Shown: positions 11,077 to 23,743, counted from the first letter of the stretch. The stretch is 64,000 bases of DNA from Azolla caroliniana (GCA_043228905.1 JBHGNT010000003.1:22382001-22446000), one strand, 5' to 3'. A program made the numbers and translations. The notes: generated by a model not told the origin, from the letters alone.

Positions 11077-14000
11077 ATGAAGACCTCAATCTTCTGCTCC
11101 CCCCTCCTCCTTCTCCTTCTCATCGCTGCTTCTTCTGAGTTCGCCATCGCCCAGAAACTCTTCTCCACGAACTCTGCTACCCCTTGGTGTCGAGGCAGCC
11201 GGCGATGGTTTCTACAGCAAAACACTTCTCTGGGCTTGCAGGAGAAATATCCTAACCCTAACCCTAACCCTAATTTTAACCATAACTTTAAACCTAACCA
11301 GAACTCAAATCCTAACCCTTACTCGAATTCCAAGATCAGCAAACATAGTTCTGCTTCCGACTGCGAAAAAGGAACAAGTTATGTCAATGAAAGAGCAGGA
11401 TACGAAAACAGCGAAGGTCAACTTGAAGTTGGAGTTCTAACTATTGGAGTCAATGGAAGATATCAAACCAATGAAATCCCTACAGAAAATCACTCCGATC
11501 AAATGGATGGAACAGATTACATCAAACAGATGGACAGAGGAGATCAAAGAGTTCAAATCAATGTAGGAGATCAAATCAACATCCGTCAAGATTGCCTCAT
11601 TGATGGAAACGATTGCATTATTGATGGCATTGATGGAATTGACAGAGGGAATCCCATCACTCAATTGTACAGAGGAGATCACATTGATCAGGTTGTGGGC
11701 AGAGGAGATTGCACTAATCAACACACTTTCAGGACAATTAGATCGTCTATAGACAGTTTGTCAAGATATGTATTTGTCTCTACCAAGTCTAACACATTCC
11801 GAACAATCTCTATTGTGCTATGGCTAGTGATCCTATTCTACCTCCTCACGACAACCGCATCCGACTACTTCAGTTCCTTGCTTGAGCACCTCTCACAGGC
11901 ACTAAAGCTCTCCCCTGCCGTAGCAGGGGTCACTTTCCTAGCCATTGGGAATGGGGCACCTGATGTTTTCTCAAGTGTAGCAGCATTTGTTTCTTCAGAC
12001 ACTTCTGGAAGCATTGGATTTGGGGCTGTTTTAGGGAGTGCCCTCTTCATAACCACCATCGTATCAGGATCAGTTGCCTTAATGACCACTAGGATTTGCA
12101 AGGAAGCTGGGTCTGCAAAGATCAATTTGGTTTGTTTTATTCGTGACACACTTTTCCTCCTTGCGTCGGCAGGTGTTCTTATGGTCATCTTCATGGATGC
12201 TAAGGTCTACTTGTGGGAGGCTGTTAGCTTCTTGTGTGTGTATGTTGTATATGCGGCATCTGTCTGGGCGGCAGAAATGCTCGAGAATAGGCACCGGAGC
12301 AATTCACTCGTCCTTGATCCTCTCATATCTAAAGGTAATCATCTTGAGAACATTATTTATATAAGATTTATCTATGTTCATGCCTTCTGTATGAAATCAA
12401 AAATTGTGTACGTGTTTTGAAAAGATGATTGTGTGGAGGTAATGATAACAAGGATCTGAATGTGAAGCTGTAATGTGAGAATGAGATTATTGACTTCCTA
12501 CTTAGGTTTGTTTGTACTTGTTCAATTGTATAGCTAGGCCTCTGGCCACAGCAATGATAGTTTAGTCCTTATTTATCCAACACCCTTCGATGACAAGATT
12601 ATTCTGGGGATGGTTATCAGGTAAAAGTGGTCCATGATTAGGACAGGTAAAAGATAATTGATCATAGGCACTGCCTACATGACAGGGTAGGTGTGTGAGA
12701 TAACGTCCCAACAAAAGTTTGCCACAGGAAACAATGTCCTAGCATGGTCGTTCCTGGTGAGAAATTGACCGACAACTTCTAATCATTCATATCACATATG
12801 TTTGAAAGTAGTTGTCCTCCATACATACACTTGCATCATCAATCTCGATAGGTGTAATGTTACTGTTTGAGCTAAGCTTTGCCAAATGCTGTCAAGGCCT
12901 TCCATTGTTCATATTGAAACTTCATGTGTGAGACAATTAAAGCTTGTCTCTCAACCATATATATCATACTAATCAAGACGTTTATCCAATCTGTATTGAA
13001 TTTGGAGTCAAATTTAATTTAATTTTGGGAATTATAATATCCCATGTTCCAAGCCAAATTGGAATCTCAAATATAGCTCAGGCCTTCCCTGAGTTTTCAA
13101 TCTCTTGTTGCTGAGTTTGCATATAAAGTTTCTGGTGTTGTATGCAGATTTTTTCTCTTAAACTATGATCTAACCATTAAAATGTGATAGGAAAGTATAA
13201 ATATTTAATCATTCACAGGATACAACCGGATGCATGCAAAGCAGTTCTATATTCTGAGTTAAATCTGTGCCATCAAATTATTTAAATAAATCTAATAATA
13301 AGCATCCTAATCTTATTGGTTCTTTCTCCATAGCTATTGCGGAACGTACTCTTCCACAGTGGATAGCCACATCTCCGAAATGGCAATACTATCATATATA
13401 CAGCCAACATCATGAGATAGAGCTTGAATACTTATATGACAAGCATTACTCAATTTACAGAAAGTGCAAAAAGTATGTTTTCTGTCTCTACAAATATGGA
13501 ATAGAAAGGCCTTTGGCCTTACCTCGCCTTCTTACTATCCCAGTCATTGAAGAAGAGCGATGGTCTCGTCCACTAGCGGTTATCAGCTGTACATTGGCTC
13601 CTCTCTTTGTTGGGTGCATTTTCTTATTTCATTGCGATGAATCTGAAGATTTTACGCATAAGATACTCATGATCAGTGGGGGCATTGGAATCCTGTTGGG
13701 AATCTTAGCTTTTCTCAATACTGAAAGTGCAAGGCCTCCACGCCGGTTCCTATGGTTATGGCTTGCAGGAGGGTTCTTCATGAGCATAGTGTGGTTTTAT
13801 ATTGTTGCTGACCAACTTGTCACGTCCTTAGAAATGCTTGGAGCTATATTTCACATCAATCCAACCATTCTCGGGCTGACAGTGCTTGCATGGGGAAACT
13901 CTATAGGAGACATAGTAGCTGATATTGCACTTGTTTGCAGTGGTAGAAATGGTGTTCAAATTGCAATCGCTGGGTGCTATGCAGGACCTCTCTTTAATAC

Positions 14001-14253
14001 CGTGATTGGGCTAGGTCTTTCATTGGCAGTTGCTTGTTGGAGTTCATATCCCGAACCACTTACAATATCAGATGAGGATGGAAGTTTGTTCTTCATTATT
14101 GGTTTTCTTGCTGCTGGCCTTGCATGGGCACTTATCATGATACCTTTAAAAGGTATGAGACTTAGCCGAAGCTTCGGGGCTGGTCTTGTGCTTCTCTATT
14201 GTGGTTTCCTTGCTACTGGGATGTGTTATGGGATGGGTTGGATTTTACGATGA
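11077..14253 (+). CDS. CCX: Cation/calcium exchanger (CCX family of the CaCA superfamily); 2 exons
   Basis: Exons 11077-12334 and 13334-14253 (phase-1 intron AAAG|GT...ATAG|CT restores the frame). Alpha-1 repeat GVTFLAIGNGAPD and alpha-2 repeat GLTVLAWGNSIGD are CCX signatures; signal-peptide-like N-terminus and multiple TM segments. Confidence 0.9.
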
Positions 14254-14867
14254 TAGGCTTGTTTCTATCAGCCATCTAATACAAATTTGTAAATATTGAA
14301 AGATTGTAAATGCATTATGTTGCAAAATGAAGTACTGTGAAAAATATGGATGAGTCAGTGTTGATGACCAAACCGATCTCAAAAGTGTTTACCAAATCGT
14401 CATTGATGGGTGTATGAAGGATAATATCCATTTATAGATAAAGGTTCTCATCAAAAGTGTTACCAAATTATCTTAGGGATATGATCTTTGTGCGAATATT
14501 ATTGTTCTTCTGGAGATTTAATGTTAAGTATGCGATTAGCACATCTCCATTTCTAATACTCCTAAGGTGAAAAAGGACTTCTTTTTCAGTTGTAGTCAAA
14601 GATCGATTGCAAATTTGGAAATATTTCAAAATATTGGTCAGCATTTTGTTGTAGAATTAAGGATTTTAACTCGACATTATGGACCTTCATTGTATTAATT
14701 GAGGGTGTAAGAATGATGTACGATAAAAAATCAGAATGGAGTTTCCTCAAGTGAACTATATATATTATATATTTAAGTTTATTTGAACTGAACTGTTTTT
14801 GTCCCAGTTAATGGGATCTGCTGTAGTTAGGGTTTAAAGATTCGATCTTTTTAGTAAATCTGATTTT

Positions 14868-15013
14868 GTATCTGATTTCCACTAATTGTCTGGAAGCAGT
14901 CAAGTGTTCTGTTATACAAAAGACTGCGATGAACCTATCTGATTTTGTACCTGATTTCCACTAATTGTCTGAAAGCAGTTAAGCGTTCTGGTTTACAAAA
15001 GATTGTGATGAAC
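14868..15013. repeat. Two-copy ~68-bp tandem duplication (a similar ~70-bp pair lies at ~15704-15835)
   Basis: TCTGATTTCCACTAATTGTCTG.AAGCAGT.AAG.GTTCTG occurs twice; TATGATACTTCTACAAT...GATCAGATGCTGATTGT occurs twice at 15.7-15.8 kb. Confidence 0.75.
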
Positions 15014-16421
15014 CAGGCTATGTAGTTCTTAGAAATAGTCACGAGATAATAGCATGTAAACAAGAGAATTTGATTACAATACGTGACCACAAGATGCAAG
15101 AGATAAGATGATATAATAGAAGATAAAGATTCATAAAGTCTTTATTTCTATCACTGATAATTTACAGATGCACCCCTCTCATGGACATGAACCTTGAGGT
15201 TCCACATGATGACTAGTTATATGTGCATTGCCAACTGATCTTCAGCTACTGATGACATGTACATTGCCTTCGATTCATGTCAATAGTGTCCAACAATTTT
15301 TTATCAGTAGGCATCTGTTTACAATCTCAATGCCTACTTTGATCTTTTTTTTAGCACCTGATCACTGTGTACCTTGCCTGTCAAATTGGTCCTTACCTGA
15401 TCGCTTAACCAGTTGTAGATATGGAAGTATGATGTAGAATCTACACATCAAAGATAAATAAATCTATAATTTGGCCAATTTTTCATAAATGGCTTGAATA
15501 TTTATATTTGTAGTTCTCCTCATAGATTTGGACGTAATATTTAGCATCTATAGAAATTTTTATCATTGATTTGGACTATATTTGTCATCTATGGAAAACA
15601 TCATCATGATATTTCCTTATGTCTCACAGTTATACCTTTAGATTTTACATTGGCATTCCTCTATCTACTTCATCCTTACTCTTGCATATCATACTTAAAA
15701 TAGTATGATACTTCTACAATGTCTCTTTTCTTTGCATTTGATCAGATGCTGATTGTGAAATACTACAATCTCCATATGATACTTCTACAATCTCACTTTC
15801 CTTCGCATTTGATCAGATGCTGATTGTAAAATACAACCTCCTATGGTATTCCTATAGCTAGCACACGAGATCTAAACAGTAGTTTTCTTTAACATATAAT
15901 ACATCGCACCATATTGCAAGAATTAGCTCTTTCTCAGGACTTCACTTTTCCATACTTATTCTTTCACATGATACTTCAATAGTACTTCACATATAATATC
16001 TATATTTAGAAACAGCAATTTTCACATTTTAAAATTTGAAATCAGGTTACTAGCACTAATGATGTGGGAAATAGGGAAGTTATATTTGTAGTCTCAAAAT
16101 ATGGAAGTATTAAGCCAGACCATAACCAAGACGATTATGAATTAATCTAGCAGAAAATATCTTCAATTGGCACCTCAGCAGAAACACCTAATAAACGTAC
16201 TAATAAATGCATAAAAACATATATAATCCATTTTTATGTGCCATTACTGATAAACGAGCAGATAGAACAAGAACTCAAAAAAACTATATCCAAACTTTGT
16301 TTGGGATAAATACATTTACACTCATGATATTTAACAAAAAACCTCTACAATTTACAGAAGGACAGCACCATGAAACATTGAAGGGTTTGATTATAATATA
16401 TACCTTTTAACTTGTTTTTTA

Positions 16422-19400
16422 TCAGTTCTTTAAAAATCTGATAATAATGCAAGAGATATCATCTTTGCTGTTTCTCTCCACAGCTTCATCACTCAATTGT
16501 TTGGCTGCTGTTTTGGGGTCTTTGCACTTCCTTGCAAGATCCACTGCTTCTTGATTACTCAACACCTAAGGTTACACAACAAGAAGAAAGTGTAGATTAG
16601 ATAAATTATGTCTTGGGAGGCATCATAATTTTATCAACATGGCAAACAATATCACAAAGTTTTATTTCTAGAACCAAATGTTAACATGACAAAGCTTTTA
16701 GTCTAGATCAGACAGTGATGATATGATAATAATTTGTTTATTGACACATAAAAATATCCAAAGCTATATATGTATCTCTAAGGAAACTATGAAACGATAT
16801 CAGGATTCCAACTTCATAAACTATACAAACTTAAGAGTTAAAAACTTTAGTGTAGTATCAATCACTTTTTAAAAGACATGTATAAGGTCTTTTATTATAG
16901 AAGAGGTTTAAAGATCCCAATTGGCCATAACAATACATCCAATGTGTAAAACAGTCCACTGACAATATGAGACTTAATCTATACATAGACTGGCAACAAA
17001 TCAAACCACAGATTGATACAAATTATAATATTATAATAAGGCAAAGCTATAGATACAAAGTATACAACACTACAGTATTCGACAAATCAAACCACAGATT
17101 GATGCAAATGATCACAAAGCAACGCTATAGATCCTAAGTATATGACACTACAGTATATAGATATATATACACACATCTGTCAACAGCCCAATCACAATAG
17201 GATAAATATATACATCCACAAAACAAAAATCAAACTAAGGATTAAAGAAGAAGGCTGGGCTGGGTTTGACAAAGCTATCCATCCAAACTTCGACACTATA
17301 CACGTGTAAAACAGCCCATTGACTTTATGAAAAGCTTATTTGTGAGTCCAACCAATAATTGATCGAGCCCATCCAAGCATCTCTGACTCAACCAATAATT
17401 AACCGAGCCAAACAACCAGTCCAAGCATCTATGGATCAAACAAATCACAGTATGACACACACTACCAATCTAAGTATGGCATACTCACATGGAGTAAAAC
17501 AGCCCTATAAAATATGATAAGCTACATATAAACTGTAACAAATCCATATATCAGTCCAACCATCTATGGATCAAACCAAATGATGGGATGACATAAACGA
17601 TACAAATCTAAGCACAGCATACGCACGTGTTGTAAACAGCCCATTACAATAATCTCTGTAATCATAGTCTGAACCTATTCCAAGAGGAAGAGAATTCTAA
17701 GATTTTCTGTCTGGGGCTGCTATGGTGAAACTGGTAGAGACAATACTGCTCTTAGGAAGAGACACTTGAAATTTCAGTTGCATCGTATATGGTAAACTAT
17801 GTATAAACTGTAAGAAATCTCACTAAAGCCACTATAAAATGAGAATAAGATGAAACTATACATATCATCTGCCATTCATCAAGCTAAGTAAGATCACAAT
17901 AAGAATAAATATGTCAACAGAGTATCCAAGGAGGAAAATGTGGTGGCGCATACCTTCCATACTCCATCACTAGCTAATATCAATAGCTCATCTTCATCAC
18001 AAATCAACTCCTCTCTTACATCTGGATCCACACTCAAATGTTCCTTAAGTTTTTTATCACCAAATGCCCGAGCAACAGCAAGCCGTCCATCGACTCTCGC
18101 CACATCCCCTAAACCATTTTTTAAGGAATTAGTAGCAAAAAAATATCTTTATTGATTCCAACTTATCTTAGTCCTTTTTTCTTAATGCAGATAGCCTAAG
18201 AATTCATTCACATCTTCTGAATCCCAACTAACAAAAAATTGAGAATGAGAGTTGAAAATATGATATTTAGGAAGGAATGTGAAGATGCAAAAACTACTTT
18301 AGAAATTAAGCATCATATTATGAGAGACCAATATTTCAAAGGCTAATAACCTTTAAAAACCATATCAAATGTACTAAAAATCCATAAAGAATGAACGAAG
18401 ACAAGAAAAACTCACCTGGAAATCTAGTTACAAAGCCTCCTTTAGTTTCAATGGCCTCTATTTCATTGATGGGTTCATGGTCAATAGAGAGTTGGACAGC
18501 CACTCCATTCCTGCTAAGAACAGCTCTAGAATCACCAACGTTTGCTACTAATAGCTGGTTACCACTAATCAGGATGGCGGTCACAGCTGTTGATCCACCC
18601 ATTTCTGGACATTCCTCCAATATGGCTGTATCAGTTCGCTTGTATGCATTCACAATTGCAATGGCAGGATTCTCCCAAAAACCAGGCTGCAAAAGTACAT
18701 TTTTTCTTGCCTCATTAACATTTCTTCATCCGAGTGACAATCCAACAAGGTCGATGGTTTTAACTATCAGTTATATAAACTCATAATTATTTCCTGGAAT
18801 TGCAAGTTCAATTGGTTAGAGCACCACCCTGTAAAGGTGGAAGATGCAGGTTCCAGACCCATCAAAAACTAATTTGGGATGATGATGATGATGATGATGA
18901 TAACAATGATGGTGGTGGTGGTGGTGGTAGAAGTAGATAAATGTCATACCTCATTAAGCATGCTGTCGAACAATTTCCTCTGCAAGTAGCGAGCAACAGA
19001 ATCACCAGAGTGACCATCATAGATGGCAAAAAAACCTAGCTCATGAGAGTTTACTTTCCTGAACTCAGCCACATGGAAATCTTCCATCTTATGTCTCAAC
19101 CCTTTTACTAGGTTGTACCCATAGTTTATCTTGTTTTCTAAATACTTGCTGTGCCCTTCTCCACAGATTTCATCACTATTAGACTGCAATCCGGTAGCCA
19201 TCTACAACAACCATCCATAGTCAATGCAATTTTGTTTTACCTATAACATAGTGTACATAGAAGATTCCTACAGCATTCAATTTGTACATGTTTGGAAACT
19301 GACTGTATTGTTGAAGCCACCATATAAATCTGTCTGTGTAAACGATTTGACCTATTCTGACATATTGTACATTAGCATTAAATCTTCTTCATTTGTGTGA

Positions 19401-20464
19401 AATTAAGATGTTTGGATATTGCTTCTATTGCTGATGCCACCATATAGCTCTTTGTGAAAAACTTGAGTGGATGCTACAACTATTGTTGATGCGACCATAA
19501 TGAGTAGTTTTAACAAGAATGAAACGTCTGTACGATTGTACGTAGGAGCCAAGGAAAAATCACTTGTAGTTCAGTGGTCCAAAGGCATAAATCTCAGTAA
19601 TAACACATGTGAACCAACATAAAATCTCACTACAAGCACATATAGAACATAAAATAAAGTCAAATCCACATTTTGCACCAATACTACGTGGAAAAATCAC
19701 TTAAACACATAGTCAAGATATAAAATCTACATGAAATCCGCTGATAGCACATACAATAGAGGAAGATATCGACTCATTAAGCACTAACATCAAATAGAGA
19801 AGGATGCTGACTCGTACAAATATACATATAATAGAGGAAAATATCAACTCATAAAGCATTAACATCAAATAGAGAAGGATGCTGACTACATACAAATCAA
19901 CATATAATAGAGGAAGATATCGACTCATACAGCATTAACATCAAATAGAGAAGGATGCTGACTAAAAGAAGAATAAAATCCACAAAAAAAGAAACGATGG
20001 CACATGTAAATCCGCATCAAGTAGGAGACTACATAGTTCACAGTTCCATAAAAATACTTAGGCTCAATGACACGACATGTAAATCCACATGAAGTAGGGA
20101 CTGACATAATTCACAGTTCCATGAAAATACATTAACTCACTGACACCAAATGTAAACCAACAAAAGTCAAAGACACAAATTAAAAGAAGTATGCAATAAT
20201 CATCAATTACAGTCTACTGGAGCCATAAGCATGTAGACAATATATGAATATCAAAGGAGAAGCTGATGCTCAAAGGGAAAAAATGAAACTCTAAACCTCG
20301 TTCGATAAATTAATCAAGTTTCGCCACACATTAAGCAATGCAAGAGAAAATAGGGAACCCCAAAATCAACTAAAAACCAATAGAGTAAGAGAAAAATAAC
20401 AACCTTGATCTTCTGGAGGACCTTATCGGTGGAAGGAAGATGAGGACTGCAATCTTCTATCTCT
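16422..20464 (-). CDS. PP2C: Protein phosphatase 2C (PPM family), clade-F-like
   Basis: Exons (minus): probable ~20464-20404 (..DKVLQKIK), then 19201-18950, 18686-18416, 18108-17954, 16565-16422 (TGA). Motifs MEDF, FAIYDGHSG, GGSTAV, ANVGDSRAV, RVDGRLAVARAFGD, LILASDGVW, SKDDISCII. The 5' end is uncertain; the first ATG seen is at 19201. Confidence 0.9.
18796..18866 (+). pseudogene. trnD: Degenerate plastid-type tRNA-Asp (trnD-GUC-like) copy inside a PP2C intron
   Basis: GGAATTGCAAGTTCAATTGGTTAGAGCACCACCCTGTAAAGGTGGAAGATGCAGGTTCCAGACCCATCA resembles plastid trnD-GUC as I recall it (GGGATTGTAGTTCAATTGGTCAGAGCACCGCCCTGTCAAGGCGGAAGCTGCGGGTTCGAG...). Anticodon stem CCACC/GGTGG is intact, anticodon reads GTA, acceptor stem is broken. 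Confidence 0.7.
19752..20145. repeat. Intronic tandem repeats: three ~75-bp units, then two ~73-bp units
   Basis: AATAGAGGAAGATATCGACTCAT...AACATCAAATAGAGAAGGATGCTGACT x3 (~19752-19965); CATGTAAATCC.CAT.AAGTAGG...TTCACAGTTCCAT x2 (~20003-20145). Confidence 0.8.
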
Positions 20465-20954
20465 TGATAAGAAGAACAAAAACAAATGAGTTATTAAAAC
20501 AGAGCTATAGAAAATCTTCTGGATTCAAAAAATAATACACTGTTTTCTTTGTAAATTTGTTTGACTACAAAAAGATGCATAGTAAGCCTATAATAAGTAA
20601 GTAGAATAAAAGAGGTTGATAGACACCGAATGCAGCCGTGTGTGTGATCATGTATGATGTCTTCAAAGAACTTTCTAGAACCTTCTGGATCATACGACCC
20701 TTAATTACAAGATTATGAACCATACCCGCATCCATGATCCTTAACCCTACCCGTCTCCATGATTTTTTCCTCATCCCGCTCAATATAGTTATATTTCTGG
20801 TAGAAGTATATTGCATAATGTATTGAATGTTCAAGTGGCAATTGATTATGCTCGGCATACAAATCAAGAAGAGATTATGGTGCAATTCGATTTAGGAAAG
20901 ATATATCATCATGTCAATTGGTAATTTGTCTCAAGAATGATGTTTAACATCTAC

Positions 20955-21471
20955 AATTGGTGGTGATGTTATGGGGTTACATCTTCTTACTTGAGGACTA
21001 CCAGAGATAAGCTTTCGCGAATGACTTGGTCAATGGTCATGCTTTTACATGCCTCAAAGAGAGTATGTAAGTTTGGAACCAAGTTAAGTTGCCTTCAGTT
21101 CAAGGTTTCTTATAAACTGGAGAAAGACTCATTTGATCTCATGTAATTATACCAATTTGCAATGTTTGGGATGGGAAAGATCAAAACAATTAATGAGCTT
21201 ACAATTTTTTGTCATTTAAGGTTACCATTGAGAGTTGACAATGACAAATTCTCAATTAATTGAGTGGATTGGTAGGAAGCTGAAATACATGTTTATGTAT
21301 GGGAAGTCTCAATCATGGACATAATTTCACGTACAACTCAAAGTGGTGCAATGTATATTAAGAAACCATGCTTTTATATATTTTTACCAATAAGGGGTTA
21401 CAATAGATGTTGCAATTATATTGTGAAAGAAGTTAAAATTGGGAATTACATGGATTTCATTGGATTGTTTG
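20955..21471 (+). mobile_element. Decayed LINE (L1-type) RT remnant, left part, split by element A
   Basis: Degenerate motifs GDVMGLHL, FAND (for FADD), FLINWRKT and HLRLP. Removing element A rejoins TWISLDCL|ATPKQLGGLAIENL, matching the L1 motif W..W..L..PK..GGLGI. Confidence 0.65.
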
Positions 21472-21938
21472 TTTTAGAGACATGAACTAATGTAAGCATT
21501 AGATAAGGAGGGAATATAGATGAATAGATAAATCTAGATAGAGAGGAGAGAGAGAAAGAAGGGTGCCGATCCACCCGACCACCCTCGAGCGAAGGGATCG
21601 AGACGGACTCGAGCCTCGATCGGCGTCCCATACCACCGCCTTGGCATCGAGTCGTACCTAGTGCTAGCGCACTCGCTACAAGAGTCGAACCACTCACGAA
21701 CAACGTCTAAACGTAGTCAATAGATGATGAAATGAGGGTAGCTAGGCATCTTATTTATAGCGATACCCAAGGCCCCCAACCATGTTCACACTTGGCCTAA
21801 TGGGTTGTCTCAATTCCGAGGATTAAAAGTAATCCTCCCCTTCTTTACACTCTTGTTTAACCCTCACACTTATCCACGTGTATAGAATACTACGGTAAAT
21901 TCTGACCACGGGATATTATATGGTCATTGCCCGTAACA
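21472..21938 (-). repeat. Element A 3' LTR
   Basis: Matches 62975-63440; adjoins PPT AAAGAGGGGGAGTA on the minus strand. Confidence 0.92.
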
Positions 21939-21959
21939 TACTCCCCCTCTTTAAAACAT

Positions 21960-23278
21960 TGCACTCTTGCAATGGAAAGTTAGGGAAGTTAGTTCTGAGA
22001 GTATTTTTGTGTTCCCATGTGGCATCTTTTATTGATTTATCCATCCATTTTATTTTAAATTCTCAGATCTCTTTAGTACGTAATTTTTTTGTTTTAACAT
22101 CGAGAATTCTTTCTGGTACATGTGGTTTAGAAGATAATTCTTCAGAAGTAACCAGAGTTTCAGTTGTAACTATATTGTCGCCAGAACCTAGAAGTTCTTT
22201 TAGACGACTCACATGAAAGACTGGATGAATTCCAACACCATCGGGAAGAGCGAGACGATAGGTTGATGACCCAATGCGTTTGAGGACTGTAAATGGTCCA
22301 CAAAACCGTGGGGCTAACTTAGCGCGCTTACCCGTAGACAATGTCTTAGAATTGTGAGGTACACGTAAAAATACCTTCTGTCCAAGGTTGAATACACAAG
22401 GTTGCCTATGATGATCGGCATAAAAATGTGCTCTATCTTGAGTTGTTTTTATATTATCTTGTGCAATATGCAACATATCTTGCATATCCCGAAGAAAGTT
22501 TTGTGTACTTCGCAACTCATCATGATGTATATTAACATCAATCGGGGCTCGTGGTTGAAAACCATACATCAACATAAAAGGACTATATCCCGTCGATGTA
22601 TGCTTAGAGCTGTTATAAGCAAACTCCAAAATTGGGAGATAACACTCCCATTTTGTTGGTTTTGCACCAACATATGCTCAAAGCATTTCCTCAATAATTT
22701 GATTTACTTGTTTTGTCTGGCCATCGGATTGAGGATGATCCGTGGAGCTCATGCTCAATGTAGTTTCTAACTTCTTAAATATTTGTGTCCAGAAGTCACT
22801 AGTAAACTTTGGATCTCGATCACTCACGATATCCATCGATAACCCATAAAAACAAAATAACACGTCAACGAATTGGTAAGCCAATTCAGGAGCTGTTACC
22901 ATGGTTTTAGTAGCAATAAATCTGGCCATTTTAGTTAGTTTGTCAACCACAACCCAAATGGCATCATGACCTTTTTGGGTGCGAGGAAGGCTAACAATAA
23001 AATCCATGGATATACTTTCCCACTTATTATTGGGAATGTCCAAGGGATGTAAAAGTCTTGCGGCTTTAAGTCGCTCGACTTTGTTAACTTGACATTGGTG
23101 ACATTTAGTCACATAACTATGTATGTCGGGGCACATCTTAGGCCAATAGAATTGAGTGGAGATGAGAACAAGTGTACGATGTATTCCAGGGTGCCCTGAT
23201 GAGGGTGCATCATGGCATTAAAAAAGAATCCTCTTTTTTACCTCGGGTAAATCTGGAACACAAACCTTTCCATTACGG
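21960..23278 (-). pseudogene. Element A integrase and chromodomain (frameshifted, with stops)
   Basis: WESISMDFI, WVVVDKLTK, IVSDRDPKFTS, HPQSDGQT, EFAYNSS, KLAPRFCGPF, HPVFHVSRLK, then chromodomain PERILD...IKW...DATWE. Confidence 0.9.
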
Positions 23279-23672
23279 TGTCGTGAAGATCCGTCACTAC
23301 GCGCGGATCGTGAGGCGGAACCGCCGGGGTTCTGGACCAGAAGGATTTAGAGTCGATACAAGCTTTGGCGAGAAAGTACTTAAGATAGATTGGGAAAGAG
23401 AGAAGTTGAGATTACACGATTGATTTGATAACGAATTTCTTCCTCTTAATTTTCATAAAAAAAACCGTGTTTTTTCTCCTCCCCCTTCCCTCTTTTATAG
23501 ATGCTCTCATGCATATGATGCATGTGAGGGTACAAGACATGCATAAATTGCATGTTTGCCATTTGGCGCTTAAGTATTACATGTGGTGCATGATAACCAT
23601 GTCACTCATTTTAGCTCTCATGTATGAGAATTTACATGTAAAAGTACAATGATAGAAATATAATTTCAACTA

Positions 23673-23743
23673 AATAGCATGGCTTAATGGTAAGCCATTT
23701 GACTCCTAACTTGGAGGTGCAAGGTTCGAATCCTTACTTGCCC
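23673..23743 (+). ncRNA. tRNA-like Pol III promoter unit (A box and B box) inside the B LTR; second copy 36100-36170
   Basis: A box TGGCTTAATGG 23680-23690, B box GGTTCGAATCC 23723-23733, D-arm-like hairpin TGGCTTA/TAAGCCA, T stem AAGG/CCTT; acceptor stem does not pair. Transcription is not shown. Confidence 0.55.

Noticed and set aside
13219-13333. Earlier splice acceptor for CCX exon 2, or a separate ORF from 13267
   Set aside because: Acceptors at 13147 and 13218 lead to in-frame stops; only 13333 gives a continuous CCX frame.
23673-23743. Functional tRNA-Arg(CCT) gene
   Set aside because: Acceptor and anticodon stems do not pair; only promoter boxes and D/T-arm-like parts remain.
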